Positions 9,325-20,213 of a stretch of DNA of 64,000 nt are shown one piece after another. The notes beneath the pieces are model-generated. The model was not told the origin of the DNA and searched no databases. It was given only the letters and a program-made list of their open reading frames with translations. This DNA comes from Phenylobacterium sp. (GTDB lineage: Bacteria; Pseudomonadota; Alphaproteobacteria; Caulobacterales; Caulobacteraceae): positions 3,513-67,512 of the forward strand of contig NZ_DASWTE010000056.1 of the NCBI RefSeq assembly GCF_036402295.1, in the 5' to 3' direction. Position 1 is the first letter of the stretch. Each line of letters opens with the position of its first letter. The position numbers were made by a program, and so were the translations under genes.

Positions 9325-10326
9325 TTAACCCCCCGTTCGGGGGGGTAGGTCCTGCGAAAATGTGGGGGGAAGGTAGATATCCGCCAGCTTCCGCGCGGCC
9401 TCGGCCATCGCGGCGCGCAGCTCGGTCGGGTCCAGCACTTCGACCTCGTCGCCGAGCCGCAGGAGGGTGGCTACGGCCTCCGAGCCGGTCTCGATGGGGA
9501 TGGTCACCTCGCGGCGTCCGGCGGCGTCCGGCGGGCCGGCGTCCCGCACGGCGAGCGCGATGGCCTGGCTCTCGCGGCCCAGGCGCCGGAGCGCGCTGTC
9601 GGTTGCCTTGAGCCGCGCCTCGCCGGCCTGCATGCGCGCCTCGTACTCGTCGCAGAACCTGGTCCAGTAGGCCGCGAGGTCGAACTCCGGCGGCGGCTGG
9701 GCCGCGTCCTCCAGCACCTCGAGCGACAGGATGCTGGCCACCCGGTAGGTCCGCGGCTGGCCATCGACGCCGGCCACCAGGTACCAGACGCCGGCCTTCA
9801 GCACGACGCCCAGCGGCTCGACCTCGCGGTCCACCACCCGCGCCCAGCTGTCGTAGCGCAGCCGCACGCGCCGGCCGCTCCAGACCGCCACCGCCAGCTC
9901 GGGGAGCAGGGCCTGTTCGTCGGCGCCCTTGAACCAGGACACGGGGTCGAGGTGGAAGCGGGCGCCGACCCGCTCGGCGTCACCGCGGGTCTGGTCGGGG
10001 AGGGCGGCCAGCAGCTTCAGGCGCATCCGCTGCAGCGCCTCGCCGAGGCCCAGCTGTGCGGCCGCGCCCGGCAGACCCGCCAGGAACAGCACCTCGGCCT
10101 CGCCGCGGTCCAGACCGGTCAGTCGCGTGCGGTAGCCGTCCAGCAGCCGGAAGCCGCCATTGCGCCCCTTCTCGGCGTAGATCGGCACGCCCGCCGCCGA
10201 GAGCTCGTCCACGTCGCGGTAGATGGTCCGCACCGAGACCTCGAACACCTCGGCCAGCTCGCGCGCCGTCGCCTGGCCGCGGGCCTGAAGGGTGAGCAGG
10301 ATCGAGAGGAGGCGGCTGGCCAGCAT
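9325..10326 (-). CDS. YafY-type HTH-WYL domain transcriptional regulator
   Basis: EVSVRTIYRDV HTH, KAGVWYLVA...RTYRVASI WYL domain; start ATG 10326. Confidence 0.93.
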   Translation of the reverse strand: MLASRLLSILLTLQARGQATARELAEVFEVSVRTIYRDVDELSAAGVPIYAEKGRNGGFRLLDGYRTRLTGLDRGEAEVLFLAGLPGAAAQLGLGEALQRMRLKLLAALPDQTRGDAERVGARFHLDPVSWFKGADEQALLPELAVAVWSGRRVRLRYDSWARVVDREVEPLGVVLKAGVWYLVAGVDGQPRTYRVASILSLEVLEDAAQPPPEFDLAAYWTRFCDEYEARMQAGEARLKATDSALRRLGRESQAIALAVRDAGPPDAAGRREVTIPIETGSEAVATLLRLGDEVEVLDPTELRAAMAEAARKLADIYLPPTFSQDLPPRTGG

Positions 10327-10352
10327 CTTTTCGGACCATGCGCCAGGAAAGC

Positions 10353-10367
10353 TGACATCGGATGTCA
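10353..10367. promoter_or_regulatory. Perfect palindrome TGACATC-G-GATGTCA, probable operator of the WYL regulator
   Basis: 7-bp inverted repeat centred in the divergent intergenic region. Confidence 0.7.
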
Positions 10368-10412
10368 CCTATCGTGGCGCAGAACGGGCGCCGCATGCAA
10401 CAGGAGGCGCCG

Positions 10413-11183
10413 TTGAAGGCTCTAGGGATCGCGATGGGTGTTCTGGCGCTGGGCGCGGGCCAGGCCGGCGCCGAGGTGCTGGAGGTGCGGCAGTATCGGA
10501 TCACGCCGGGCGGCCGCGACGGCTTCGTCGCCCTCTTCGAGCGCGAGTTCGTGGAGACTCAGGAGGCCGCGGGGATTGCGCTGCTGGGCCAGTTCCGCGA
10601 CCTGGACGACCCGAACCGCTTCACCTGGATCCGCGCCTTCCCCGACATGGCGGCGCGCGAACAGGCGCTGACGGCCTTCTATTCGGGACCGTTGTGGAAG
10701 GCGAAGCGCGAGGAGGCCAACGGCTTCATCCTCGATAGCGACAACGTGCTGCTTCTGAGGCCGGCGGGCCTCGGCCAGGGGTTCAAGGCGCCACCGCCAC
10801 GGGCCGCTCCGGGTGCGCCGCCGAGGCCCGGCGTGGTGATCGCCAACCTCTGGCGGCTCTGGGCCGAGCCCGACACGGAGTTCGCCGCCTTCTTCGAGAC
10901 GACCGTGAAGCCCGAACTGGAGGCCGCCGGCCTGCCGGTCATCGCCGCCTTCCTGCCGGTGCGCGAGCCAAACAGCTTCCCGCGGCTGCCCGTCCGCGAG
11001 GGCGAGAAGCTGTTCGTCTGGTTCACTCGCGCCGACAGCGCCGAGGCCTACGCGGCGGCGGTGAAGCGCCTCGAAGCGCGACCGAACTGGAAAGCCCGGG
11101 TCGCGCTCCTGCTGGCCGACCGCCTCGAAAGCCCGCCGCTCGTGCGCCGGCTCGCGCCGACGCCCCGCTCGGCCCTGCGCTAG
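10413..11183 (+). CDS. Two-domain NIPSNAP family protein with putative signal peptide
   Basis: EVRQYRITPGGRD, GQFRDLDDPNRFTWIRAF, PTPRSALR motifs; AGGAGG RBS before TTG 10413. Confidence 0.85.
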   Translation: MKALGIAMGVLALGAGQAGAEVLEVRQYRITPGGRDGFVALFEREFVETQEAAGIALLGQFRDLDDPNRFTWIRAFPDMAAREQALTAFYSGPLWKAKREEANGFILDSDNVLLLRPAGLGQGFKAPPPRAAPGAPPRPGVVIANLWRLWAEPDTEFAAFFETTVKPELEAAGLPVIAAFLPVREPNSFPRLPVREGEKLFVWFTRADSAEAYAAAVKRLEARPNWKARVALLLADRLESPPLVRRLAPTPRSALR

Positions 11184-11764
11184 GTCTTCGGCTGCGGGTA
11201 CTGCACCCGGGGCCGCAGGTTGTCGATCACCGCGCGGGCGTCGAAGGCCTTGGGATCGCCCTCGGGCTTCCTGCCGCGCTCCATGACGATCTCGGCCGAG
11301 GCCTCGAACCGCTCGACGGTGCGGATGTCGACGCGGTCGGCCCAGAAAGGATCGCCCCAGAAGGGATCCCAGGTGTGCCAGCCGAAGCCGCGCCCGTAGT
11401 AGCGCCAGGAGGGCCGCCAGAACCCGTACGACCCGTACCAGGGCCGGTAGAACGGGTCGGGTTCGACGTAGCTGCGCACCTTCTTGTCGGTGTCGCGGTC
11501 GACCACGGCGAACCAGTCGTAGCCGTTCTGCACGGTGAGCTCGGCGGCGCGGAAGAGCAGGTAGCCCTCCACCGTCTCGCGGCTGGTGAGCGAATTGCCG
11601 GCGAAGTTCACGCGGAAGCGGTTGGGCTCCAAGCGGAGCTCGGAATAGCCGCCCTGGGTCGCGCCGCTTCGGACAACGGGCTGGTAAGGCGTCGGTGTCG
11701 CGCACGCCGCAAGACCTGCGGAGAGGGCGACCGCAACGGCGAATGCAATGGTTTTCCTGGACAT
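11180..11764 (-). CDS. Lipoprotein (CC0125/CC1285-like family)
   Basis: Lipobox LAAC, TPTPYQP, GYSE, LLFRAAELT motifs. Confidence 0.85.
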   Translation of the reverse strand: MSRKTIAFAVAVALSAGLAACATPTPYQPVVRSGATQGGYSELRLEPNRFRVNFAGNSLTSRETVEGYLLFRAAELTVQNGYDWFAVVDRDTDKKVRSYVEPDPFYRPWYGSYGFWRPSWRYYGRGFGWHTWDPFWGDPFWADRVDIRTVERFEASAEIVMERGRKPEGDPKAFDARAVIDNLRPRVQYPQPKT

Positions 11765-11851
11765 GTCACGATCTCGAACTCGGACGTCCCCCTGATAGGG
11801 AAACGTATGTTTCACAACACTTCGCCGCAATTGTGGTTGCTGCGTTGCAGA

Positions 11852-12256
11852 TCAGGCTCCGGTGACCGCGAGCACATAGATGACGCGCCCCAGGGACCCG
11901 AAGAGAAGTACGCCCACGGCCAGCGCCTGGATCATGAAGCCGGTCTCGCGCTTCTTCGGGTCGGCGACGTAGCCCAGCTGGTAGAGGATCCGCCCCACGA
12001 TCCAGATCAGGCCCACGATCGCGGCGACCAGGTCGCTCCAGTAGATCGCGAACAGCCAAAGCGGGACCAGGAACAGCGGCAGCCACTCCAAGGTGTTGTA
12101 GTGCGCCCGGATGGTGCGCTCGAGCACCGGGTCGCCGGTCATGCACGGCGCGGCGATCCCGCACTTGGCCCGCGCCCGGCCCACCATCAGTCCCATCCAG
12201 AAGTAGGTCAGCAGCGCCAGCAGCGTGACGATGGCGACGTAGGCGTGCGACTGCAT
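11852..12256 (-). CDS. MAPEG family membrane protein
   Basis: RAHYNTLEWLP motif, several TM helices; start ATG 12256. Confidence 0.9.
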   Translation of the reverse strand: MQSHAYVAIVTLLALLTYFWMGLMVGRARAKCGIAAPCMTGDPVLERTIRAHYNTLEWLPLFLVPLWLFAIYWSDLVAAIVGLIWIVGRILYQLGYVADPKKRETGFMIQALAVGVLLFGSLGRVIYVLAVTGA

Positions 12257-12387
12257 TGGATCTTCCCCGAAGGCGGCGAACGAGCTTCGCCTTGTGTTGG
12301 GGGGACCTTGGCGCCATCCGGGGGCGAGGGGAACCGCCGTGCGCGCGGCGCGCTCTTGGCGGGTCAGACCCGTTGGGAGCGAGCGCC

Positions 12388-12590
12388 ATGGACGTGGACT
12401 CCGCAGCCATCCAGACGATCGACTACGACAACGAGCGTGCAAAGCTGTTCGTCCGCTTCGTCAGCGGCGAGCGCTACGTCTATGTGGGCGTGCCCGCCGA
12501 GGTGTGCCGCTCGTTCCTGGACGCGGACTCGAAAGGCCACTTCTTCCACGCCGAGATCCGCGACCAGTACCCGTACAACCGGCTGGACAG

Positions 12591-12594
<4 letters not shown>
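12388..12594 (+). CDS. KTSC domain protein
   Basis: [12 protein letters not shown]...[17 protein letters not shown]...[14 protein letters not shown]. Confidence 0.88.
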
Positions 12595-13817
<1,223 letters not shown>

Positions 13818-13895
13818 GGCGGGGGAAGGCTTTCGAGGAGTGGGTGAGGGAAGTCGCGCGCCTTTAAGGGGCAAAGGGCGACGGGTTCAAGACCT

Positions 13896-13917
13896 TCCCT
13901 CCCCATTAAGGGAGGGA
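13896..13917. repeat. Single hairpin identical to the right arm of the 1778-1915 element; possible terminator after kup
   Basis: TCCCTCCCCATTAAGGGAGGGA identical to 1894-1915. Confidence 0.75.
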
Positions 13918-15864
13918 CTAGACCGTGACCTGGGTGCCCATCTCGACCACGCGGCCCGGCGGGATCTTGTAGAAGTCCGTCGGGTTGGCGGCGTTCTTCA
14001 TCAGGAAGATGAAGAGCTTGTCCTGCCAGAGCGGCATGCCGGACTGGGCCGAGGGCACGACGCTTCGTCGGCCGAGGAAGAACGACGTCGCCATGATATC
14101 GAACTTCAGCCCCTGCTTGCGGCAAAGGCCCAGCGCCTTCGGCAGGTTCGGGCTCTCCATGAAGCCGTAGCCGATGATCACCTTCTTGAAGTCGTCGTTC
14201 ACTGGCTCGATCCGCACCCGGTCGTCGTCGCGCACTCGCGGCGTCTCGGCGGTGTGGATGGTCAGGATGATGTTCTTCTCGTGCAGCACCTTGTTGTGCT
14301 TGAGGTTGTGCATCAGCGCGACCGGCGCCGTGTCGGGGTCGGAGGTCAGGAAGATCGCCGTGCCGGGCGCCCGGTGCGGCGCCCGCGCCTTGAGGATGTC
14401 GGCCAGCTCGGCCAGCGAGACCGAGTCGCGGCGGGTCTTCTCGGTGAGGATCGCCGCACCTCGGTTCCAGGTCCACATGATCACCACCAGCGCCCCGCCC
14501 AGCACCAGCGGCAGCCACGCGCCCTGCGGGATCTTCAGGAGGTTCGAGGAGATGAACACAACGTCCAGCGAGGCGAACGCCGCCGAGGCGCAGAACGCCT
14601 GCCAGACGGGCCGCTTCCACATGTAGCGGACGATGTAGAAGAACAGCAGCGTGTCGACGAACATCGCCCCGGTCACCGCGATGCCGTAGGCGGCGGCCAG
14701 GTTCGACGAGGTCCGGAACATCACCAGGAGGACCAGGACGCCGATCAGGAGCACGTTGTTGACCAGCGGCACATAGATTTGCCCGGCCTGGGTCTCGGAC
14801 GTCCGGCGGATGTCGATGCGCGGGAAGAGACCCAGCTGCACGGCCTGCTGGGTCATCGAGAAGGCGCCCGTGATCACCGCCTGGCTGGCGATCACCGTGG
14901 CGGCGATCGAGAGCAGCCAGACGGGCCAGTAGGCGACCTCGGGGATCATCAGGAAGAACGGATTGGCCCGCGCGTCGGGGTGGGACAGCACCAGGGCGCC
15001 CTGGCCCAGGTAGTTCAGCACCAGCGAAGGCAGCACCAGCGCCACCCAGGCGGCCTGGATCGGCTTCTTCCCGAAGTGGCCCATGTCGGCGTAGAGCGCC
15101 TCAGCCCCGGTCACCGCCAGGAAGACGCTGCCCAGGATGATGAAGCCCAGGAAGCCGTTCTGGATCAGGAAGACGACGCCGTAGTGCGGCGAAAGGGCCC
15201 GGAAGACGGACAGGTCGTCGCCGATATGGATCAGGCCGAGGACACCCAGGGTCACGAACCAGATGGCCGTGATCGGGCCGAAGAGGCGCGCCACGCTGGC
15301 CGTGCCGCGCGCCTGGATCAGGAACAGAGCCACCAGGATGGCCATCGACGCGGGCAGGACGAACCTAGCGAGCCGCGGGCCTATCCCGGGAATTTCCTTC
15401 ATGCCCTCCATCGAGCCCAGCACCGACACCGCCGGGGTGATGATGCCGTCGGCGTAGAACAGCGCCGCACCGAACATGCCGAGCAGGAAGATGACCAGCG
15501 ACCGCCCGCCGGGGCTGACCCGCTGCGCGAGCGCCATGAGCGCGAGCGTGCCGCCCTCGCCCTTGTTGTCGGCCCGCATGAGGAAGATCACGTACTTGAC
15601 CGTGACGATCAGGATCAGCGCCCAGGTCACCAGCGAGACGACGCCGAGCACGGCCATCTCGCCGCCTCCGCCGCCGCGACTGTGCGCCAGCGCCTCGCGC
15701 ATCGCGTAGAGCGGGCTGGTCCCGATGTCGCCGAAGACGACACCCACGGAACCGAGCGCGAGAGCCCAGAAGCCCTCCTTCCCGTGTCCCTCGGGCGCGT
15801 GCCCGTTCACAGGGTGCGACGTGTCTTCGGACGCCTTTTGAGCGTCGACGGCCTGGTCAGCCAT
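13918..15864 (-). CDS. kup: Potassium uptake protein Kup
   Basis: GVVFGDIGTSPLYA, GAEALYADMGHFG. Confidence 0.97.
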   Translation of the reverse strand: MADQAVDAQKASEDTSHPVNGHAPEGHGKEGFWALALGSVGVVFGDIGTSPLYAMREALAHSRGGGGGEMAVLGVVSLVTWALILIVTVKYVIFLMRADNKGEGGTLALMALAQRVSPGGRSLVIFLLGMFGAALFYADGIITPAVSVLGSMEGMKEIPGIGPRLARFVLPASMAILVALFLIQARGTASVARLFGPITAIWFVTLGVLGLIHIGDDLSVFRALSPHYGVVFLIQNGFLGFIILGSVFLAVTGAEALYADMGHFGKKPIQAAWVALVLPSLVLNYLGQGALVLSHPDARANPFFLMIPEVAYWPVWLLSIAATVIASQAVITGAFSMTQQAVQLGLFPRIDIRRTSETQAGQIYVPLVNNVLLIGVLVLLVMFRTSSNLAAAYGIAVTGAMFVDTLLFFYIVRYMWKRPVWQAFCASAAFASLDVVFISSNLLKIPQGAWLPLVLGGALVVIMWTWNRGAAILTEKTRRDSVSLAELADILKARAPHRAPGTAIFLTSDPDTAPVALMHNLKHNKVLHEKNIILTIHTAETPRVRDDDRVRIEPVNDDFKKVIIGYGFMESPNLPKALGLCRKQGLKFDIMATSFFLGRRSVVPSAQSGMPLWQDKLFIFLMKNAANPTDFYKIPPGRVVEMGTQVTV

Positions 15865-16049
15865 CCAAAATCTCCGGGAAACCCGAGAGGGGCTCCCAAG
15901 GCGGCCCTATGCCGTCGCGGCGGGCGCGAATACACCCAATCCGGACACCATTCAATCGCACGGCTCGGCGTGACGTGCGACGTGCAAGCGCAGCCTTGAA
16001 CGGTTCAGCCCGCGCCGTAGTTTCGGCGCTCGCGCGTCAGGGGAGAAGA

Positions 16050-16850
16050 ATGGACCGCAAGCTGGCGCTGGTGACGGGCGCTTCGGCCGGGATCGGCGCC
16101 GCCTTCGCGCGTATCCTGGCGAGCCACGGCTACGACCTGGCGCTCACCGCGCGGCGCATCGAGCGGCTGGACGCACTGGCCGAGGAGGTGCGCCTCCGCT
16201 ACGGCGTGGAAACCCTCACCGTCGCCGCCGACCTGGCCGACCCGGAAGCGCCCGGCCACGTCCTCGACCACCTCACCGCCCACGGGCGCACCGTCGACTG
16301 CCTGATCAACAACGCCGGCTACGGCCTGCCCGGGACCTATGGCGAGACGCTCTGGCAGGAGCAGGCCGCGTTCGTGCAGGTGATGGTGACCGCGCCCTGC
16401 GAACTCGCGCACCGGGTGCTGGGCGGGATGCGGCAGCGGCGGTTCGGCCGCATCGTCAACGTCGCCTCGCTGGCCGGCCTGCTGCCGGCGGCGGCGGGGC
16501 ACACACTGTACGCGGCCTCGAAGGCCTTCCTGGTCCGCTTCTCCCAGAGCCTGCACCTGGAACTGGCCGGCGAGGGCGTCCACGTCACCGCGCTCTGCCC
16601 CGGGTTCACCTACACCGAATTCCACGACGTCAACGGTACGCGCGAGCTGACCGCGTCCTCGACGCCCGCCTGGCTGTGGCTGGGCGCTGACGAGGTGGCG
16701 GCCGCCGGTTACGAGGCCATGGAGGCCAACCGCCCCGTCTGCGTCCCCGGCGCGCCCAGCAAGGCCATCGCGGCCCTGGCCAAGGCGATCCCCGAGGACT
16801 GGGCGCTCGCGCTCATGGCCAGCCAGGGCGCGCGGTTCCGGAAACTCTGA
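16050..16850 (+). CDS. Short-chain dehydrogenase/reductase
   Basis: TGASAGIG, NNAG, YAASK. Confidence 0.92.
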   Translation: MDRKLALVTGASAGIGAAFARILASHGYDLALTARRIERLDALAEEVRLRYGVETLTVAADLADPEAPGHVLDHLTAHGRTVDCLINNAGYGLPGTYGETLWQEQAAFVQVMVTAPCELAHRVLGGMRQRRFGRIVNVASLAGLLPAAAGHTLYAASKAFLVRFSQSLHLELAGEGVHVTALCPGFTYTEFHDVNGTRELTASSTPAWLWLGADEVAAAGYEAMEANRPVCVPGAPSKAIAALAKAIPEDWALALMASQGARFRKL

Positions 16851-16852
16851 CG

Positions 16853-16889
16853 CCTCCTCTCCCTCTCCGCTTCGCGGGGGGAGAGGAGG
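16853..16889. terminator. GC-rich hairpin between convergent SDR and marC genes
   Basis: CCTCCTCTCCC...GGGAGAGGAGG stem. Confidence 0.6.
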
Positions 16890-16893
16890 TCAG

Positions 16894-17583
16894 TCAGTGT
16901 CCGCCGTACGGGTTCGCCACGCCAGGTCGGATGAAGCCGGTCGTGCTCTCCGCGAACCCCGCCAGGATGAACTGGATCGCCAGGGCGCAGAGGATCAGGC
17001 CCAGCACCCGCACCACGATCGTGAGGCCGATGCGGCCCAGGATGCGGCTGAGGATCGGCGTGGCCAGGAACGACAGCAGGGTGGCGACGGCCACCGCGCC
17101 GATCACGCCCACGCCGACGGCCGCGCCCTGGAGGCCGTAGACCCGCGCCTGGCTGGCGTAGATGACCACCGTCGAGATCGCGCCAGGCCCGATCAGGAGC
17201 GGCATGGCGAATGGCACGATCATCCGCTCGAATCGTTTGCGGGCGAAGGCGCGGCCGGAGCCCACCGGGGCGTCGGCGGCCTCGGTATAGGTGGCGGTGA
17301 AGTCGTCGCGGGCCATTTCCAGGCCCAGCAGGAACAGGATGACGCCGCCTGCGATCCGGAACGCGGGCAGCGAGATGCCGAAGAACTCCAGCAGGCTGAG
17401 GCCCGAGAAGTAGAAGAAGGTCAGGAAGCCCAGGACGAACAGCGAGATGTAGAGCGCGATCCAGGCCCGGTCGCGCGACTTGGCGCCCGCGGTCGCGGCG
17501 GCGAAGAGCGGCACATTCCCAATCGGATCGATCAGGGCGAACAGCGCGACGAAGAAGTTGACCGCGAACTCGGCCTGGCTCAT
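16894..17583 (-). CDS. MarC family integral membrane protein
   Basis: LFALIDPIGNVP, FRIAGG, PLLIGPGAI. Confidence 0.93.
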   Translation of the reverse strand: MSQAEFAVNFFVALFALIDPIGNVPLFAAATAGAKSRDRAWIALYISLFVLGFLTFFYFSGLSLLEFFGISLPAFRIAGGVILFLLGLEMARDDFTATYTEAADAPVGSGRAFARKRFERMIVPFAMPLLIGPGAISTVVIYASQARVYGLQGAAVGVGVIGAVAVATLLSFLATPILSRILGRIGLTIVVRVLGLILCALAIQFILAGFAESTTGFIRPGVANPYGGH

Positions 17584-17655
17584 CAGGGGGTCTTAGCCCA
17601 AATCGCCAACTGCGGAACACCCCGGCCGGGGTCCGCCTGCTCACGGAGCCACGCC

Positions 17656-18378
17656 ATGGCCGCCGCCGCCACGCTCGCGCAATCCCCCGTGAAGGCCGAT
17701 CCCCGCCTGATCGTGCCGCTGGACCTGCCCAGCGTCGACGAGGCCCGGGCCATGGCCGAGATGCTGGGTGACGCGGTCAGCTTCTACAAGGTGGGCCTCG
17801 AGCTCTTCGCCTCCGACGGCATGGCTCTGGCGCGCGAGCTGAAGGCCGCGGGCAAGCAGGTGTTCCTGGACTGGAAGCTGCACGACATCGGCACGACGGT
17901 GCAGCGGGCGGCGTCTGTGCTGGCCCAATCCGGCTGCGACTTCCTCACCGTGCACGGCGAACCGCAGGTGATGGCCTCGGCGGTGCGCGGCAAGGGCGGC
18001 TCGAACCTGAAGATCCTGGCGGTGACCGTGCTCACCAGCCTGTCGGACGAGGACCTGGCCGAGGTCGGCTACCACGAGACCGCCCGCGCCCTCGTCGAGC
18101 GGCGCATCCACCAGGCGATCGCCGCCGGCTGCGACGGGGTGATCTCCAGCCCGCACGAGGCGGCGCTCGCCCGCGCGCTCGGCGGCAAGGACTTCCTGGT
18201 GGTGACCCCGGGCGTGCGGCCCGACTGGTCGGCCAAGAACGACCAGGCCCGCGCCGCCACCCCGCTGGAGGCGCTGCGCGCCGGCGCCAGCCACATCGTC
18301 TGCGGCCGCCCCATCACCGCGGCGAATGATCCCCACGCGGCGGCGCGGCGCGTGGCGGGCGAGATGAGCGGGGCCTAA
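17656..18378 (+). CDS. pyrF: Orotidine-5'-phosphate decarboxylase
   Basis: FLDWKLHDIGTTV, VTPGVRP, GRPIT. Confidence 0.96.
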   Translation: MAAAATLAQSPVKADPRLIVPLDLPSVDEARAMAEMLGDAVSFYKVGLELFASDGMALARELKAAGKQVFLDWKLHDIGTTVQRAASVLAQSGCDFLTVHGEPQVMASAVRGKGGSNLKILAVTVLTSLSDEDLAEVGYHETARALVERRIHQAIAAGCDGVISSPHEAALARALGGKDFLVVTPGVRPDWSAKNDQARAATPLEALRAGASHIVCGRPITAANDPHAAARRVAGEMSGA

Positions 18379-18440
18379 CGCCTCCCAATTGCGACGTTCG
18401 CCGAACCCGCTACGTTGCTGGGCGTGGGCGGGGGACAATC

Positions 18441-19505
18441 ATGACGAAGACCTGGCTGCCGGCGGCGCTGGCTGTCGCCACCGGTCTGGCCCTCGCGACG
18501 GGGGCTCGCGCGGAGGATCCACAGCCCTGCAGCAGCGCGCCGGGCGGCGCGGGGCCGGCCGCCGGCGCGGCGAAGACGTTCCTCGAGAGCCTCGGTCCGC
18601 TCCAGCGGACCGTCACGGTCCGGAGCTACAGCAAGCCCGCCGCCACGCGGTGGTCGAACCTTCCGATCGTGCTGGCGCCGCGGGTCGGCGTCCGCCTGGG
18701 CGATCTCACGCCCGCCCAGACGACGGCGGTGAACGCCCTCCTGGCCACGGCGCTCAGCCATTGCGGGATCGAACTGCTCGACGGCATCCGCGCGGCCGAC
18801 GGCATGCTGAAGCCGCTGGACAATCGCGGCATCGGCTGGGATCCCGCCAACTACTTCATCACCTTCATCGGCGAGCCTTCGGCCGACAAGCCGTGGAGCC
18901 TCAAGGTCGACGGTCACCACGTCGCCTACAACATCACCTTCAACGCCGCGCGCGTGAGCGCCACGCCCCTGTTCGACGGCGTCGAGCCGGTGGAGTTCAA
19001 GGTGGGCGACCGGACCTACGAGCCCCTTGCGCCGCAGGCTGGGGCGATGCGTGCGCTCGCGACGGCCGTCGCGGGGTCGCCGGCCGCCAAGCTGGAGGGC
19101 GAATTCAGGGATGTCACGCGCGGCTCGACCCCGGACGGCGACACCAATTTCCCAATCAGCTATCCGACCGGCAAGGCGGGCCGCGGCGTCAGCTATGCGG
19201 CGTTGACGCCAGCCCAGCAGGCGCTGGTGCGCGCGGCGATGACGCGGTGGGTGGACCTGCCGAACGGCGCGATCTCTAGGCCGCTAATGGCCGAGTACGC
19301 CACGGCGGCGGCCATGGCGGAGACCTACGTGGGCGTGGCGGGTAGCCCGGACCTGGCCAAGCCCGGCTCGTACGTCCGCATCGACGGCCCGCGGATCTGG
19401 ATCGAGTTCATCGTCCAGCCGGCCGTCGCCGACCCCGCCAAGGTTCACTACCACACCATCTGGCGCGACAAGCTGGCGGACTACGGCGGCGCGTTCGCGC
19501 ACTGA
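18441..19505 (+). CDS. Secreted DUF3500-like protein
   Basis: Signal peptide, WSNLP, DGHHVAYN, YVRIDGPRIWIEF, HYHTIWRD...DYG. Confidence 0.82.
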   Translation: MTKTWLPAALAVATGLALATGARAEDPQPCSSAPGGAGPAAGAAKTFLESLGPLQRTVTVRSYSKPAATRWSNLPIVLAPRVGVRLGDLTPAQTTAVNALLATALSHCGIELLDGIRAADGMLKPLDNRGIGWDPANYFITFIGEPSADKPWSLKVDGHHVAYNITFNAARVSATPLFDGVEPVEFKVGDRTYEPLAPQAGAMRALATAVAGSPAAKLEGEFRDVTRGSTPDGDTNFPISYPTGKAGRGVSYAALTPAQQALVRAAMTRWVDLPNGAISRPLMAEYATAAAMAETYVGVAGSPDLAKPGSYVRIDGPRIWIEFIVQPAVADPAKVHYHTIWRDKLADYGGAFAH

Positions 19506-19969
19506 TGCGGCGGCGCGGGTTCCTGGCCGGCGCGATCATCTGCGTCCCCTTCGCCCAGGCTTGGGCGCACGCCATGCCGAACTCGACGCTGGTCGTGGAG
19601 TTGCTGCAGGGCGCGGTCCGTCTGGTCGCCAGAATTCCCACGTCCGAACTGGGGGCTGTGCTGGAGCGCGGGCGGCCGGCTGACCGCTACGTTGGCGAAC
19701 ACGCAGATATTTTCGGAGCCGACGGCCGGACCTGGACCGCGGAGGTCGGGCCGGTGGCGGCGTCCTCTGCCCGCGAGCATCCCGGCGTCGTCGTCGAACT
19801 GCTGTTCAAGCCGCCGGTCGGCGCCGCCACAAAAGCTGCGACGCTGCGCTACGACGCGGTGAACCACCGGGTCGCGAGCCACTATGTGCTGGTCTATCGC
19901 CGCATCGGCGAACAGCTCGTGCCGCTCGGCCGGCTGCAGTCCCCGGCCACGGAGCTGAAGCTGTCTTAG
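19505..19969 (+). CDS. Hypothetical exported protein (twin-arginine-like signal)
   Basis: MRRRGFL...AWA/HAMP, start overlaps the upstream stop codon; C-terminal YDAVNHRVASH. Confidence 0.7.
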   Translation: MRRRGFLAGAIICVPFAQAWAHAMPNSTLVVELLQGAVRLVARIPTSELGAVLERGRPADRYVGEHADIFGADGRTWTAEVGPVAASSAREHPGVVVELLFKPPVGAATKAATLRYDAVNHRVASHYVLVYRRIGEQLVPLGRLQSPATELKLS

Positions 19970-20160
19970 AAGTCCACCGCCAGGCCCTTGCGTTCCCAGT
20001 CGCCGAAGCGAGTGGGCTCGGGGCCCTTGGGGCCCCCCTGTTCGGGCTCGCGGGCGGCTTCCGCCTCGGCAGCATGGCGCTGGGCGGCCTCTTCCAGCGC
20101 ACGCCGAGCGGCGGGGCTGAGGTCCTTGCCGGGGGCGGCGTTGGGCGGCGGATCGTCCAT
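19966..20160 (-). CDS. DUF1674 (SDHAF4-like) small protein
   Basis: GGPKGPEPTRFGDWERKG. Confidence 0.92.
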   Translation of the reverse strand: MDDPPPNAAPGKDLSPAARRALEEAAQRHAAEAEAAREPEQGGPKGPEPTRFGDWERKGLAVDF

Positions 20161-20213
20161 GGCTTCGATCTAAGCCCTTGCGCCGCGACGCGCCAGCGGG
20201 CACGCCGCGCCGC

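Noticed and set aside
5591-9328. 1245-aa plus-strand ORF
   Set aside because: Antisense shadow of the caspase and SH3 genes; such open frames are expected in high-GC DNA and it has no recognisable motifs.
9325-10326. WYL protein as marker of a defence island
   Set aside because: YafY-type regulator with a NIPSNAP target; no restriction, BREX or CBASS genes nearby.
5256-11183. Integrative element or prophage at tRNA-Gly
   Set aside because: No integrase or phage genes, and I did not find a duplicated tRNA 3' end (att site); at most a decayed islet.
12257-12387. Possible structured RNA between MAPEG and KTSC genes
   Set aside because: Only short GC-rich stems, no recognisable motif or strand-specific pairing evidence.
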